Source: a bacterium
Lineage (GTDB): Bacteria > Actinomycetota > Coriobacteriia > Coriobacteriales > Eggerthellaceae
Direction: 5' to 3'
DNA: 64,000 nucleotides
Assembly: GCA_963588595.1 (NCBI GenBank)
Contig: CAVAIA010000054.1
Span: forward strand, 3,067 to 67,066
A model generated the notes under the pieces. That model saw nothing but the letters and a program-made list of their open reading frames with translations, did not search any database and was not told the origin of the DNA. The translations under genes and the position numbers were made by a program. Shown piece by piece: positions 37,775 to 47,024 of this stretch (within the stretch, counting starts at the first letter, position 1; each line of letters begins with the position of its first letter).

Positions 37775-40531
37775 ATGAGTGGAATGCGTGTAAAACAACT
37801 TGCAAATGAATTGAATATGGATCCAAAGGCTTTAGTTAAGAAGCTAAATGGCATTGGGATTGCAGTTAAAACGCATGCAAGCCCAATGAGCGAAGATGAC
37901 GTCAAACTTGCTCGCGAAAAGTTGGCAGTTGACGTTGTTGCTGCTGGAGGAAAAGTCGACTCGAAGACGAAGAAAAAGGTTGAGAAGGAACTAAAGAAAA
38001 AGAAAGATAAAGAAAAAGAAGAGCTTGAGGCAAGAAAGAAGGCTCGTGAAGAGGAGTTAAAGGCTCGAGAAGATCATAAGAATAAGGACAAGAAAAACAA
38101 AGCTGAAAGTGAGGGGAAGGCATCCGAAGAAAAGGACGTTAATGTTTCGGCTGAGGAAATAAAGGAAGCTGTTAAAAGGATCGTTAGCTCGAAGAGCGAT
38201 TCAGGTCTCTCAAAATTAGAAAAGCAAATCCTAGAGGAGAAGGATCGCGCAAAGAGGGAGGCTGCTGCTAAAAAACTTTTAGCTAAGGTTAAGAAAAATA
38301 AGCTCGAGGCAGATAAAAAAGCTAGGGTTGAAGAAAGTCTTAGGAAGAAGTCTGCACCAAAACCTATCGATAAATCAAAAGAAAGCGAAAAGAAACAGCC
38401 AAAGAGAAAATTGCCTAGCGTTCCTAAGGGCGGAACTGACAAATTTAAGACGCTTTTAGATCAAGTTGAAAATGAGAAGAAGAGAATGAAAAGTGTCGCT
38501 CAAATGTCAAAGGGCAAAGGTGGCAAAAAGGGAGGCAAAAGCCAAATTGTTCCTGAGCTCGAGGGCATTGCGGGTGAGGAGGATAGATATAAACAAATGG
38601 CTGTTGAAGTTGAAAAACTTCAACGTGACAAGGTTCTTGCCGAGGCGAGGGCGGCTGTTAAGGCGGCAGCGTCTCAAGCAGGAGAAGGCAGGAGAAAGAA
38701 GAGAAAAGAGAAGCGTGAGGAGGAAGCGCGAGAGAGAGCGGAAGCAGAGGCTCGTGCAAAGGGTTTGGATCCTTCCATCGTTTTGGACGAATCAATAGTT
38801 GAAATTCCAGAGGGCGCCTCCGTTGGAAAAGTTTCCGAGCTTTTGGGAGTTCCTTCAGGCGATGTTGTTAAACGCCTATTTTTGCTCGGTCAACCATTGA
38901 CGTTAACTCAAATAATGAGCAATGACTTAATCGAGCTTATAGCTGATGATTTGGAGAGAAAAGTTAGAATCGTTTCCCCTGACGAGGAATATGCAGTCGT
39001 TATTAACGACACAGAAGATGACCTTAAGCCAAGACCGCCTGTTGTAACAGTCATGGGACATGTTGACCACGGCAAGACTTCCCTTCTAGACGCCATCCGT
39101 CACACTGGCGTTGTTGAGGCTGAGGCGGGAGGAATCACTCAACACATAGGTGCTTCTGTTGTCAACATCAACGGTCGCCAGATCACTTTCATTGACACTC
39201 CGGGGCACGAAGCCTTTACTGCTATGCGTGCAAGAGGGGCGCAAGTCACGGACGTTATCGTTTTGGTTGTTGCAGCTGACGATGGAGTTATGCCTCAAAC
39301 GATTGAGGCGATCAACCATGCGAAAGCGGCCGATGTTCCAATTGTTGTTGCTGTTAACAAGATGGACAAAGATGGCGCAAATCCAGAGCGAGTTAGAACT
39401 GAGTTGACGGAATATGAGGTTGTCCCTGAGGAATGGGGCGGTAAGAATATGTTTGTCGATGTTAGTGCCAAGAAAAATTTGCATATCGATGACTTGCTTG
39501 AGACGATTTTGTTGCAAGCGGACGTTTTGGAGTTGAAAGCTAACCCCGACGCTGAGGCTTCTGGATTTGTTATTGAGTCGAATCTTGATAAGGGAAGAGG
39601 TCCTGTTGCAACTGTTCTAGTTCAAAGAGGGACTTTGCACCCTGGCGACACTGTCGTTGCAGGAAGTTCTTATGGAAGAGTCAGAGCGCTTATCAATCCG
39701 CTTGGCGAGAGCGTTGCTTCAGCAGTTCCTGCTGATCCTGTTGAGATTTTAGGTTTGGGAAGCGTTCCTGTTGCAGGAGATGAGTTTAGAGTGTTTGCTG
39801 ACGAAAGAGATGCAAGACACTTAGCCGAAGAGCGCGCCTTAAGAGCGAGACTTGCTGAGCAACAAAAAGGACATATGACGCTAGATGAATTATTCGGTAA
39901 GATCGAGGAAGGCAAGACTGTTGACCTTAATTTGATCGTGAAAGCCGACGTCCAAGGCTCGATTGAAGCGCTTGCTGACGCTTTTGAAAAGATGGATCAA
40001 AGTGAGGTTCGAATCAACATCGTTCATAGCGCGGTTGGAGGAATAACTGAAACTGATATAACTCTTGCTGCCGCATCTGATGCGATTATCATCGGATTTA
40101 ACGTTCGACCAACAGGCAAATCTAGACAAATTGCCGAGCGAGAAAAAGTTGACATTAGGTTATATAACGTTATATATAAGGCAATTGAGGACATAAATGA
40201 CGCGAGAGTTGGAATGCTCAAACCTGACATCGTCGAGAAAGACACTGGAATCGCTGAAGTCCGCGAGACTTTTAAGGTTCCAAAAGTTGGAACGATTGCA
40301 GGTTGCTACGTTTTGGAGGGCGAGATCAACCACGACGATAAGGTTAGGGTTGTTCGCGAAGGGACAGTTATCTTCGAGGGCGAAGTTGGTTCATTGCGCC
40401 ACTTAAAGGATGACGTCAAAACAATCCGCAGCGGATTTGAGTGCGGCATTGGCGTTGCGGGTTTCCAGGATGTTAAAATTGGCGACACTATTGAGGGATA
40501 TGTTTTAGAGACAGTGGAGAGAACCGAGTAA
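37775..40531 (+). CDS. infB: Translation initiation factor IF-2 (long K/E/A-rich N-terminal region)
   Basis: G-domain [29 protein letters not shown]-terminal domains are conserved. Confidence 0.95.
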   Translation: MSGMRVKQLANELNMDPKALVKKLNGIGIAVKTHASPMSEDDVKLAREKLAVDVVAAGGKVDSKTKKKVEKELKKKKDKEKEELEARKKAREEELKAREDHKNKDKKNKAESEGKASEEKDVNVSAEEIKEAVKRIVSSKSDSGLSKLEKQILEEKDRAKREAAAKKLLAKVKKNKLEADKKARVEESLRKKSAPKPIDKSKESEKKQPKRKLPSVPKGGTDKFKTLLDQVENEKKRMKSVAQMSKGKGGKKGGKSQIVPELEGIAGEEDRYKQMAVEVEKLQRDKVLAEARAAVKAAASQAGEGRRKKRKEKREEEARERAEAEARAKGLDPSIVLDESIVEIPEGASVGKVSELLGVPSGDVVKRLFLLGQPLTLTQIMSNDLIELIADDLERKVRIVSPDEEYAVVINDTEDDLKPRPPVVTVMGHVDHGKTSLLDAIRHTGVVEAEAGGITQHIGASVVNINGRQITFIDTPGHEAFTAMRARGAQVTDVIVLVVAADDGVMPQTIEAINHAKAADVPIVVAVNKMDKDGANPERVRTELTEYEVVPEEWGGKNMFVDVSAKKNLHIDDLLETILLQADVLELKANPDAEASGFVIESNLDKGRGPVATVLVQRGTLHPGDTVVAGSSYGRVRALINPLGESVASAVPADPVEILGLGSVPVAGDEFRVFADERDARHLAEERALRARLAEQQKGHMTLDELFGKIEEGKTVDLNLIVKADVQGSIEALADAFEKMDQSEVRINIVHSAVGGITETDITLAAASDAIIIGFNVRPTGKSRQIAEREKVDIRLYNVIYKAIEDINDARVGMLKPDIVEKDTGIAEVRETFKVPKVGTIAGCYVLEGEINHDDKVRVVREGTVIFEGEVGSLRHLKDDVKTIRSGFECGIGVAGFQDVKIGDTIEGYVLETVERTE

Positions 40532-40876
40532 ATGAAAAAGACTAACAGAAAAGTTGATTCTGTTGCGCGTCAAGAAATTTCAAGCATTTTAATGTTTGAA
40601 ACGAGTGACGCAAGATTGCAAAACGTTACAATAACGAGCGTTAAGGTCTCTTTTGACCGCTCATATGCCGACGTTTTCTACACTGCCCCTAAAGAGGAAT
40701 ATGAAAGTGTTGCGCTCGCGCTTGACAGTGCGAAGGGGTTTATTAGATCCTCGATGGCAAAGCGCCTCGATTGGAAAAAATCGCCTCTTTTGCGATTTCA
40801 CTTGGACGAAACGATTGATAACGCAGGTCTAATTGAGGATTGTATATCGTCGGAAAGAGAGCATTTCGACGATTAG
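40532..40876 (+). CDS. rbfA: Ribosome-binding factor A
   Basis: RbfA pattern (VTITSVKVSFDRSYADVFY...P.L.F..D). Starts 1 nt after the infB stop. Confidence 0.9.
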   Translation: MKKTNRKVDSVARQEISSILMFETSDARLQNVTITSVKVSFDRSYADVFYTAPKEEYESVALALDSAKGFIRSSMAKRLDWKKSPLLRFHLDETIDNAGLIEDCISSEREHFDD

Positions 40877-40888
40877 CTTGAATTAGAG

Positions 40889-41893
40889 ATGGGAATAACG
40901 AAACACTCAAATATAACGTTGCAAGATTTAGCATTAAAGCTAAAGCAATGCGACTATATTCAAATTTGCGGGCACGTTAGCCCTGATGGAGATTGCATTT
41001 CAAGCGCTCTTGCGACTAAGGCAGCATTGGAGACTTTAGGCAAAAAAGTTGACGTTTTGCTTTCTTCTAACGAGGATGCACCTAAAACTTTCGATTTTCT
41101 CAAAGGCTATGAAGACTTTGTGTATGCTGGGCGAATAAAGAAGGTTGCAGATTGTTTTTTGATGATAGATGTCCCAAACGAAAAGAGAATGGGAGTTGCT
41201 GCAACTAAAGTCAAAAACAAGGCAAAAATGACATTAACGCTTGATCATCATCTTGAGGAGGTTCGTTTTTCAGATTTCGTTTTTTCAGACACATCAGCAG
41301 CATCAACTACTATTCTTGTTTGGGAGTTGATTGGTTTGCTCGGAGTTGAGAAAACGAAGGGGATTGCGACTTGTTGTCTCACGGGACTAATGACAGACAC
41401 GGGCAATTTTCAATTTCAAAACACTGATTTAAGAGCGTTTGAGTCTGCTGCCGAAATGGTTAGGTGTGGAGCGAATAGCTCGCTAATTTCAGAGCACGTC
41501 TACATGAGAAATTCTCTTAATTTCTACAAGTTGCAAGGCAAGGTCATTGAAAACATGCAAATTTTTTGCGGTGGTGAGGCTGCAATTAGCTCTGTGAGTC
41601 TTTCAGAGTTCGAGGAAACGGGGGCTTCTAAATCAGACTTTGGCGACATGATTAACATTTTAAGGTCGCTTGATGGCACAAAAATTGTTGCCATGTGCAG
41701 AGAAGACAAAGCATTTACAAAAATTAGCCTTCGCTCATTAGGCGATTTTGACGTCCGCGAAATGGCTGCTAGGTTCGGCGGAGGAGGACATGCTGGTGCG
41801 GCGGGAGCCACAACAAATCAAGATTTAGCCACAACGATGAAAGAAGTGAAGGAGGCAATTGAAGACGCTCTTTCACTCGGAGAAGCAAGTTAA
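40889..41893 (+). CDS. nrnA: DHH/DHHA1 phosphoesterase (NrnA-type oligoribonuclease/pAp phosphatase)
   Basis: GHVSPDGDCISSALA, LTLDHH, GGGGHAGAAGA. Confidence 0.85.
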   Translation: MGITKHSNITLQDLALKLKQCDYIQICGHVSPDGDCISSALATKAALETLGKKVDVLLSSNEDAPKTFDFLKGYEDFVYAGRIKKVADCFLMIDVPNEKRMGVAATKVKNKAKMTLTLDHHLEEVRFSDFVFSDTSAASTTILVWELIGLLGVEKTKGIATCCLTGLMTDTGNFQFQNTDLRAFESAAEMVRCGANSSLISEHVYMRNSLNFYKLQGKVIENMQIFCGGEAAISSVSLSEFEETGASKSDFGDMINILRSLDGTKIVAMCREDKAFTKISLRSLGDFDVREMAARFGGGGHAGAAGATTNQDLATTMKEVKEAIEDALSLGEAS

Positions 41894-41897
41894 CAAA

Positions 41898-42848
41898 ATG
41901 GCTAGATCTCGCAGAGGTAAAAGCGGTCTTTCTTTTCTATTTTCAATAAACAAGCCAATAAGCTTTACGTCCCATGACGTCGTAAACGTCGCAAGGAAGG
42001 CAACGTCTGAGCGAAGAGTTGGACATGGTGGAACTCTCGACCCATTCGCGTCAGGTGTTTTGCCAATTATGGTCGGACCTGCAACAAGGTTGTCAAATTA
42101 TTTTAAATTTTGCAAAAAGGAATACGTTGCGCAAATTAAATTCGGAATCGCAACAGACACAGAAGATTTAACTGGGAATGTTATTGCTAAAAAGGAAATT
42201 GATAATCAACTGTTTGATAGCGAGTTTGCAAATCAGATTTTAAGCGACTTTGTCGGAGACATTGAACAAATCCCTCCCAAATATAGCGCAATTAAAGTTG
42301 GAGGAAAAAAGGCTTATGAGCTTGCGAGAGGTGGCAGGGAAGTTGATATTCCTAAAAGAAAGGTGACTGTTTTTAACGCAGAGTTATTGAGCATTTTTAA
42401 AGATGATGAGGACGCTTCTCCTATTTGGGAGATAAAATTTCTTGTTTCTAGCGGGACCTATATAAGGAGTCTTGCGCGCGATATCGGGCTTTACGCGAAC
42501 TCTATCGCGCATGTTTTTAAATTGCAAAGAACAAGCGTCGGAGGGATTTCGATTGAAGATTGCGTTAGCGTTGATGATCTTAAAGGCGAATTTGAGTTTG
42601 AAAAGTTTATTATTGACCCTATCAAGGTTTTACCATTTCCGTTTATTGAAGTCTCTCCCGATGAAGAAAAGTTTGTTGCTTGTGGTAATTTTCTTAAACT
42701 TGTTGGAAAAGAAGACTATATTAATAGTTCTAGAGGCGATTTATTTTTTGTTGGAAACAAGAAAAAAGTTTTGGCTATATATAAATTTGATGAAAGTGAA
42801 AATAAATTGAAGGCAGAGACTGTTTTTTCTAAGGGAATTTTGAGATGA
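41898..42848 (+). CDS. truB: tRNA pseudouridine(55) synthase
   Basis: GHGGTLDPFASGVLPI catalytic Asp motif. I prefer ATG 41898 (MARSRRGKSG) over the track start 41859, which overlaps nrnA. Confidence 0.9.
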   Translation: MARSRRGKSGLSFLFSINKPISFTSHDVVNVARKATSERRVGHGGTLDPFASGVLPIMVGPATRLSNYFKFCKKEYVAQIKFGIATDTEDLTGNVIAKKEIDNQLFDSEFANQILSDFVGDIEQIPPKYSAIKVGGKKAYELARGGREVDIPKRKVTVFNAELLSIFKDDEDASPIWEIKFLVSSGTYIRSLARDIGLYANSIAHVFKLQRTSVGGISIEDCVSVDDLKGEFEFEKFIIDPIKVLPFPFIEVSPDEEKFVACGNFLKLVGKEDYINSSRGDLFFVGNKKKVLAIYKFDESENKLKAETVFSKGILR

Positions 42849-43435
42849 AGGATGCTTTAGACAACTCATGCGCGATAGTCAACGCTCATTGCCCATTCGA
42901 TTATGCACTTTTCAAAGATGCTGTTTGCGTTATCGGGGTTTTTGATGGAGTCCACATCGGTCACAGGCATTTGATCTCGCGTGCAATAGACAAAGCAAAG
43001 GAAACAGGAAAAAGATGCTTGATAATAACTTTTAGCGTTGACCCTGAAGAGATTTTTTGCCCCAATAAATTAAAGAAATTGCAAACGAACGACGAGAGGT
43101 TTAAAACGCTTGCTTCCCTGGGAGCTAACTCCGTTGCCGTTTTGCCTTTCGATGAAGACTTTGCTTCCCTTAGTCCACTTCAATTCTTAGCGAAGATTTT
43201 TCGCAAGTTTCCACCTGCTTATATCTTTGTTGGGAGCAATTTTAGATTTGGCAAAAATGCTGAGGGAGACGTTGAAGTTTTGAAGGCTTGGGCGGACAAG
43301 AACGACGTGGGGGTTTGCGCTGTTGACCTCTTAGAATTTGATGGTGAGAGTGTTTCATCGACAAGAATTAGAAATTTACTTAAAAACAAAAATGAAAAAG
43401 AAGCAAACAAGCTTTTGGGTGTTACAATAATTTAG
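42845..43435 (+). CDS. ribF: FMN adenylyltransferase (FAD synthetase domain of RibF only; riboflavin kinase domain absent)
   Basis: IGVFDGVHIGHRHLI nucleotidyltransferase motif and SSTRIRNLL. The ORF ends 4 aa after the ...ANKLLG junction where the kinase domain normally begins. Confidence 0.8.
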   Translation: MKDALDNSCAIVNAHCPFDYALFKDAVCVIGVFDGVHIGHRHLISRAIDKAKETGKRCLIITFSVDPEEIFCPNKLKKLQTNDERFKTLASLGANSVAVLPFDEDFASLSPLQFLAKIFRKFPPAYIFVGSNFRFGKNAEGDVEVLKAWADKNDVGVCAVDLLEFDGESVSSTRIRNLLKNKNEKEANKLLGVTII

Positions 43436-43474
43436 TCTTTATTAAAACTTATTTCAATTTAAGGAGGACAGAAG

Positions 43475-45592
43475 GTGAGTATGACAATTGCATGGCTTGC
43501 TCCAGTGTGCGCTTTGATCGGCATGCTAGTTGCAGCCTATCTCGGGCAATGGGTATTAAAACAAGATCCAGGTTCCGAGAAGATGAACAGCATTTCTGTG
43601 AAAATTCAACAGGGTGCGCAGGCATTTTTGATGAGTGAGTATAAGCTTCTCGTCATTTTTGTCGTTGTTGTTGCCATTATTATGGCAGTGTTCTTGAACA
43701 TTTGGACTGCAGTCGCATTTGTGACAGGCGGCATTTTAAGCGCCGCTGCCGGTTATGTTGGAATGTATGTTGCGACGCGTGCGAACACAAGAACTGCACA
43801 CGCTGCTGAGAGTTCAGTTGCTAAGGCACTAACAGTCAGCTTCAGAAGCGGTCTTACGATGGGGCTTTGCGTTGCATCCTTTGCATTGATGGGTCTTTCT
43901 CTTTGGCTCATTCTTCTAGTATTCAACGTTGACATCGTTGATATGGCGTTGATGAAAGAGCACGTTGGCATGGTTGAAGGTTTTGCAACAGGAGCTTCGG
44001 GAGTTGCTCTTTTTGCTCGTGTTGGTGGCGGAATTTACACAAAAGCTGCTGACGTCGGAGCTGACCTCGTTGGTAAGGTCGAAGCTGGAATTCCTGAGGA
44101 CGATCCAAGAAACCCTGCCACTATCGCTGATAACGTTGGCGACAACGTTGGTGACGTTGCTGGGATGGGAGCTGACCTCTTTGAGTCCTACACAGGCTCA
44201 ATTATTGCACCAACGATTTTGGCTGTAACATTTGGAGCCCTCGGTGGATATTTCGTTGGCGGAGATTTGATTTGGGCTATTATAACCCCTGTCATGATCG
44301 CAGCATTCGGAATTTTAACTTCTGTTCTTGGTCTTTTGGCTGTTAGAACAAAAGAGGGCGCAAATCTTCACAGCGCTCTAAATCGTGGAACCTATCTTGC
44401 AGCTATCGTAGAGATAATAATCATTTTCATAATGTTCTTCATTTGGAACAATCAATCGACGCAAGCTCAACCACTCTTTTTGTTTGGTTCAGTAATTTGC
44501 GGTCTTGTCGCAGGACTTGCAATTGGCAAGATCACAGAATACTTTTGCAGTGATGAATATAAGCCAGTTCACAAAATTGCTGAGAGTGCAGAAACCGGAG
44601 CTGCAACAGTTATCATCGAGGGTCTTTCAACGGGCATGAAATCAACGATTGCTCCAATCATTTTGATCGCGGCAGCAATTATTGGTGCTTACACTTTCGG
44701 AAACCTTGCGTTCCCTAACGCGACAGAGTCTGGCATTGTTGTTGGACTTTATGGAGTTGGTTTGGCAGCAACTGGCATGCTTTCAAACACGGGCATCACA
44801 GTTGGCGTTGACGCCTATGGTCCTGTTGCTGACAACGCGGGCGGAATCGCTGAGATGAGCGGTCTTCCTGAGGAAGTTCGCGACAGAACTGACTCGCTCG
44901 ATGCTGTTGGAAACACAACAGCAGCGATTGCTAAAGGTTTTGCAATTTCTTCAGCTGGTCTTGCTGCAATCTCATTGTTCGTTTCTTTCCAGGCAACAAT
45001 GCACACAGCAATTCCTGACTTCTCATTGACTTTGACTAATCCAATCATCGTGGCTGGCATTTTCATCGGTGCTATGATGCCATTCATGTTTGCGGCGCTC
45101 ACAATGGGAGCAGTTTCGAGAGCTGCTCATGCTATGGTCGAAGAGGTTCGTCGTCAATTCCGTGAGATCAAAGGAATCATGGAATATAAAGCAGAGCCTG
45201 AGTATGACAAGTGCGTTGCAATCTCAACAACAAGTGCACTTCACGAGATGATTTTGCCTGGTTCTTTGGCCGTTATTGTCCCTATCGCAATCGGTTGCTT
45301 TAACCCAGAGATGCTCGGCGGATTCTTGGCTGGCGCTGTTTCAACTGGAATGTTGCTCGCGATCTTCATGAGCAATTCTGGTGGAGCTTGGGATAACGCG
45401 AAGAAATATATCGAAGGCGGCGCAGAAGGCGGCAAAGGAAGCGAAGCTCACAAAGCTGCTGTCGTCGGTGACACGGTTGGAGATCCTTTCAAGGACACTT
45501 CTGGTCCTTCGATGAACATCCTCATAAACTTGATGACAATCGTCTCTTTGACATTCTCACCATTGTTTATAGCTGTTCAAAGTCTTTTCTAA
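43475..45592 (+). CDS. hppA: Membrane-bound pyrophosphatase (H+/Na+-translocating), K+-dependent subtype
   Basis: Motifs GGGIYTKAADVGADLVGKVE, DNVGDNVGD and GNTTAAIAKGFAI. Ala rather than Lys in GNTT(A/K)A is the known K+-dependence determinant. GTG start after aaggagga. Confidence 0.95.
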   Translation: MSMTIAWLAPVCALIGMLVAAYLGQWVLKQDPGSEKMNSISVKIQQGAQAFLMSEYKLLVIFVVVVAIIMAVFLNIWTAVAFVTGGILSAAAGYVGMYVATRANTRTAHAAESSVAKALTVSFRSGLTMGLCVASFALMGLSLWLILLVFNVDIVDMALMKEHVGMVEGFATGASGVALFARVGGGIYTKAADVGADLVGKVEAGIPEDDPRNPATIADNVGDNVGDVAGMGADLFESYTGSIIAPTILAVTFGALGGYFVGGDLIWAIITPVMIAAFGILTSVLGLLAVRTKEGANLHSALNRGTYLAAIVEIIIIFIMFFIWNNQSTQAQPLFLFGSVICGLVAGLAIGKITEYFCSDEYKPVHKIAESAETGAATVIIEGLSTGMKSTIAPIILIAAAIIGAYTFGNLAFPNATESGIVVGLYGVGLAATGMLSNTGITVGVDAYGPVADNAGGIAEMSGLPEEVRDRTDSLDAVGNTTAAIAKGFAISSAGLAAISLFVSFQATMHTAIPDFSLTLTNPIIVAGIFIGAMMPFMFAALTMGAVSRAAHAMVEEVRRQFREIKGIMEYKAEPEYDKCVAISTTSALHEMILPGSLAVIVPIAIGCFNPEMLGGFLAGAVSTGMLLAIFMSNSGGAWDNAKKYIEGGAEGGKGSEAHKAAVVGDTVGDPFKDTSGPSMNILINLMTIVSLTFSPLFIAVQSLF

Positions 45593-45621
45593 AGCGTTAC
45601 TTTAAGAGAACGAAATTAATC

Positions 45622-45652
45622 AAGGTGCCTTTTTTAAAGGCACCTTTTTTTA
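45622..45652 (+). terminator. Intrinsic terminator of hppA
   Basis: aaggtgcc / ggcacctt perfect 8-bp stem, 9-nt loop, followed by a T-run. Confidence 0.85.
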
Positions 45653-45656
45653 TGTG

Positions 45657-45686
45657 GGAAAATTGGTGCCAGACTTCCATTTACCT
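45657..45686 (+). repeat. Left copy of a 30-bp direct repeat GGAAAATtgGTGCCAGACTTCCATTTACCT
   Basis: 28/30 identical to 46459..46488, with a 21-nt perfect core. Confidence 0.9.
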
Positions 45687-45833
45687 GGGAAGTTTCTTGC
45701 TAAAACAAGAAAATCGGCTCAAGTAACGCTGCGCTATAAGTTAGCGCTTGCGAGTGAACTTCTTAAGCTTGCTTTTTAAACTTTTGAGTTTAGAAATTTA
45801 AGTCTAAAACACAGGACAATTTTGCTTAATATT

Positions 45834-45842
45834 TGGTATAAT
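45834..45842 (+). promoter_or_regulatory. Extended -10 promoter (TGgTATAAT) for the BrnT/BrnA-like cassette
   Basis: Read directly. Lies 34 nt upstream of ATG 45876. Confidence 0.55.
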
Positions 45843-45875
45843 ATTATTAAAAATATTTGATATTTGAGGAATTAT

Positions 45876-46139
45876 ATGAAACTCATTTTTAGAGACTCGG
45901 CATTCAAGCATGGATTGACAAAGGAGCAATTAATTTATGTCTTTTCTAACGTAGTCAAAAGTAGAAGAATTTACAGTAGTGAATTTGATTATGAAAACAT
46001 TTGGGCACTTGGAATTCTGCCAAATGGAAATGATTGCGAGTTTATCTATTATTACCAAGATTCGGAAACAGCAGTTATTTTTCACGCTATGTCGCCAGCA
46101 AGAAAGTCATTTACTCAGGAGATAGAAAGGAAAGGCTAA
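45876..46139 (+). CDS. BrnT-like (DUF497-type) toxin candidate
   Basis: MKLIFRDSAFKHGLTKEQL...AVIFHAMSPARKS parallels the BrnT KHG(L/V) and ...VIS(A/M)R.A motifs. SD gaggaa precedes ATG 45876 (the track starts at TTG 45864). TAATG overlap with the next ORF. Confidence 0.55.
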   Translation: MKLIFRDSAFKHGLTKEQLIYVFSNVVKSRRIYSSEFDYENIWALGILPNGNDCEFIYYYQDSETAVIFHAMSPARKSFTQEIERKG

Positions 46140-46426
46140 TGGAATATAGAAATGAGTTAGGACAAACTATCACTGATGAGCAACTTGATGCAATGCTTGA
46201 TGAGATTGAAAGAGGTGACTTTTCGAATTTTGAAGCTGCGTCTGAACCTACTTACGGAACAATTGAGCCCAGAAAAATTGAACGAAGCACAGTTTGTGTT
46301 CAATTTCCGATTCCCATGAAAACTCGCTTAAGCGAGATTGCCGAAGAGCATAGTTGCACTATGAGCGATCTAATTCGCGCTTATACATATGATGGGATGA
46401 AAAAAGAAGACTCGCAGGCAGTTTAG
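46139..46426 (+). CDS. BrnA/CopG-like ribbon-helix-helix antitoxin candidate
   Basis: C-terminal RHH-like segment VCVQFPIPMKTRLSEIAEEHSCTMSDLIRAY. Starts at the ATG overlapping the upstream stop (the track ORF 46034 begins in the overlap). Confidence 0.6.
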   Translation: MEYRNELGQTITDEQLDAMLDEIERGDFSNFEAASEPTYGTIEPRKIERSTVCVQFPIPMKTRLSEIAEEHSCTMSDLIRAYTYDGMKKEDSQAV

Positions 46427-46458
46427 AATTCTAAGTTTTGCACAAGCTCCTTGCTCAC

Positions 46459-46488
46459 GGAAAATCAGTGCCAGACTTCCATTTACCT
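46459..46488 (+). repeat. Right copy of the 30-bp direct repeat GGAAAATcaGTGCCAGACTTCCATTTACCT
   Basis: See the left copy. Lies 24 nt upstream of the rnhA ATG. Confidence 0.9.
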
Positions 46489-46511
46489 CCTGTTTTGTTA
46501 TCATTTACTTT

Positions 46512-46991
46512 ATGAAGAAAGTGCAAGCGTGGACAGACGGATCATCTCTTGGAAACCCAGGACCTGGGGGCTATGGTGCTGTTCTTCTTTTCGTCGACGA
46601 AAATGGTTGCGAGCATCAACGCGAGCTAAGCGGCGGGTTTAAGAAAACCACGAATTCGAGAATGGAGATAATGGGCGTTGTAGCAGCGTTGGAGGCACTA
46701 AAGGAGAGTGTGTCGATAACAATCACGTCTGACTCTAAATATGTTGTTGATGCAATCTCTAAAGGATGGCTTGACTCATGGGTGAAGAGGGGCTGGAAAA
46801 AAGCTGACAAGAAAAAGGTTTTAAATAAAGACCTTTGGCAGAGAGTTTTAGATCTTCGCTCTAAGCACGATCTCGAGATGAAGTGGGTGAAAGGGCATGC
46901 GGGACATCCTATGAACGAGAGGTGCGACGAACTCGCTAAGCAAGCTGCGATGGGCGAAAATCTTCCAGAAGATTTGGGTTATAAGGGTTAG
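46512..46991 (+). CDS. rnhA: Ribonuclease HI
   Basis: WTDGSSLGNPGPGGYGAVL, SNRMEIMGVV, TSDSKYV, WVKGHAGHPMNERCDELA. Confidence 0.9.
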   Translation: MKKVQAWTDGSSLGNPGPGGYGAVLLFVDENGCEHQRELSGGFKKTTNSRMEIMGVVAALEALKESVSITITSDSKYVVDAISKGWLDSWVKRGWKKADKKKVLNKDLWQRVLDLRSKHDLEMKWVKGHAGHPMNERCDELAKQAAMGENLPEDLGYKG

Positions 46992-47024
46992 AGAGAGTTA
47001 AAAGTTTATCTTGGTTTTTCTCAC

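Noticed and set aside
38074-38798. ORFs 38074..38442 (-) and 38493..38798 (+) inside infB, and similar K/R/S-rich ORFs at 2484..2795 (-) and 2561..2761 (+)
   Set aside because: These are low-complexity artefacts produced by reading the Lys/Glu/Ala-rich coding repeats of IF-2 and YtxH in other frames. They have no start context or motifs.
46451-46642. 63-aa ORF spanning the right 30-bp repeat and the start of rnhA
   Set aside because: It overlaps the well-supported rnhA in another frame. The shared EN.CQTSIYL peptide with a 24-aa ORF at 45652 simply reflects the DNA repeat. I keep it only as a note under the repeat finding.
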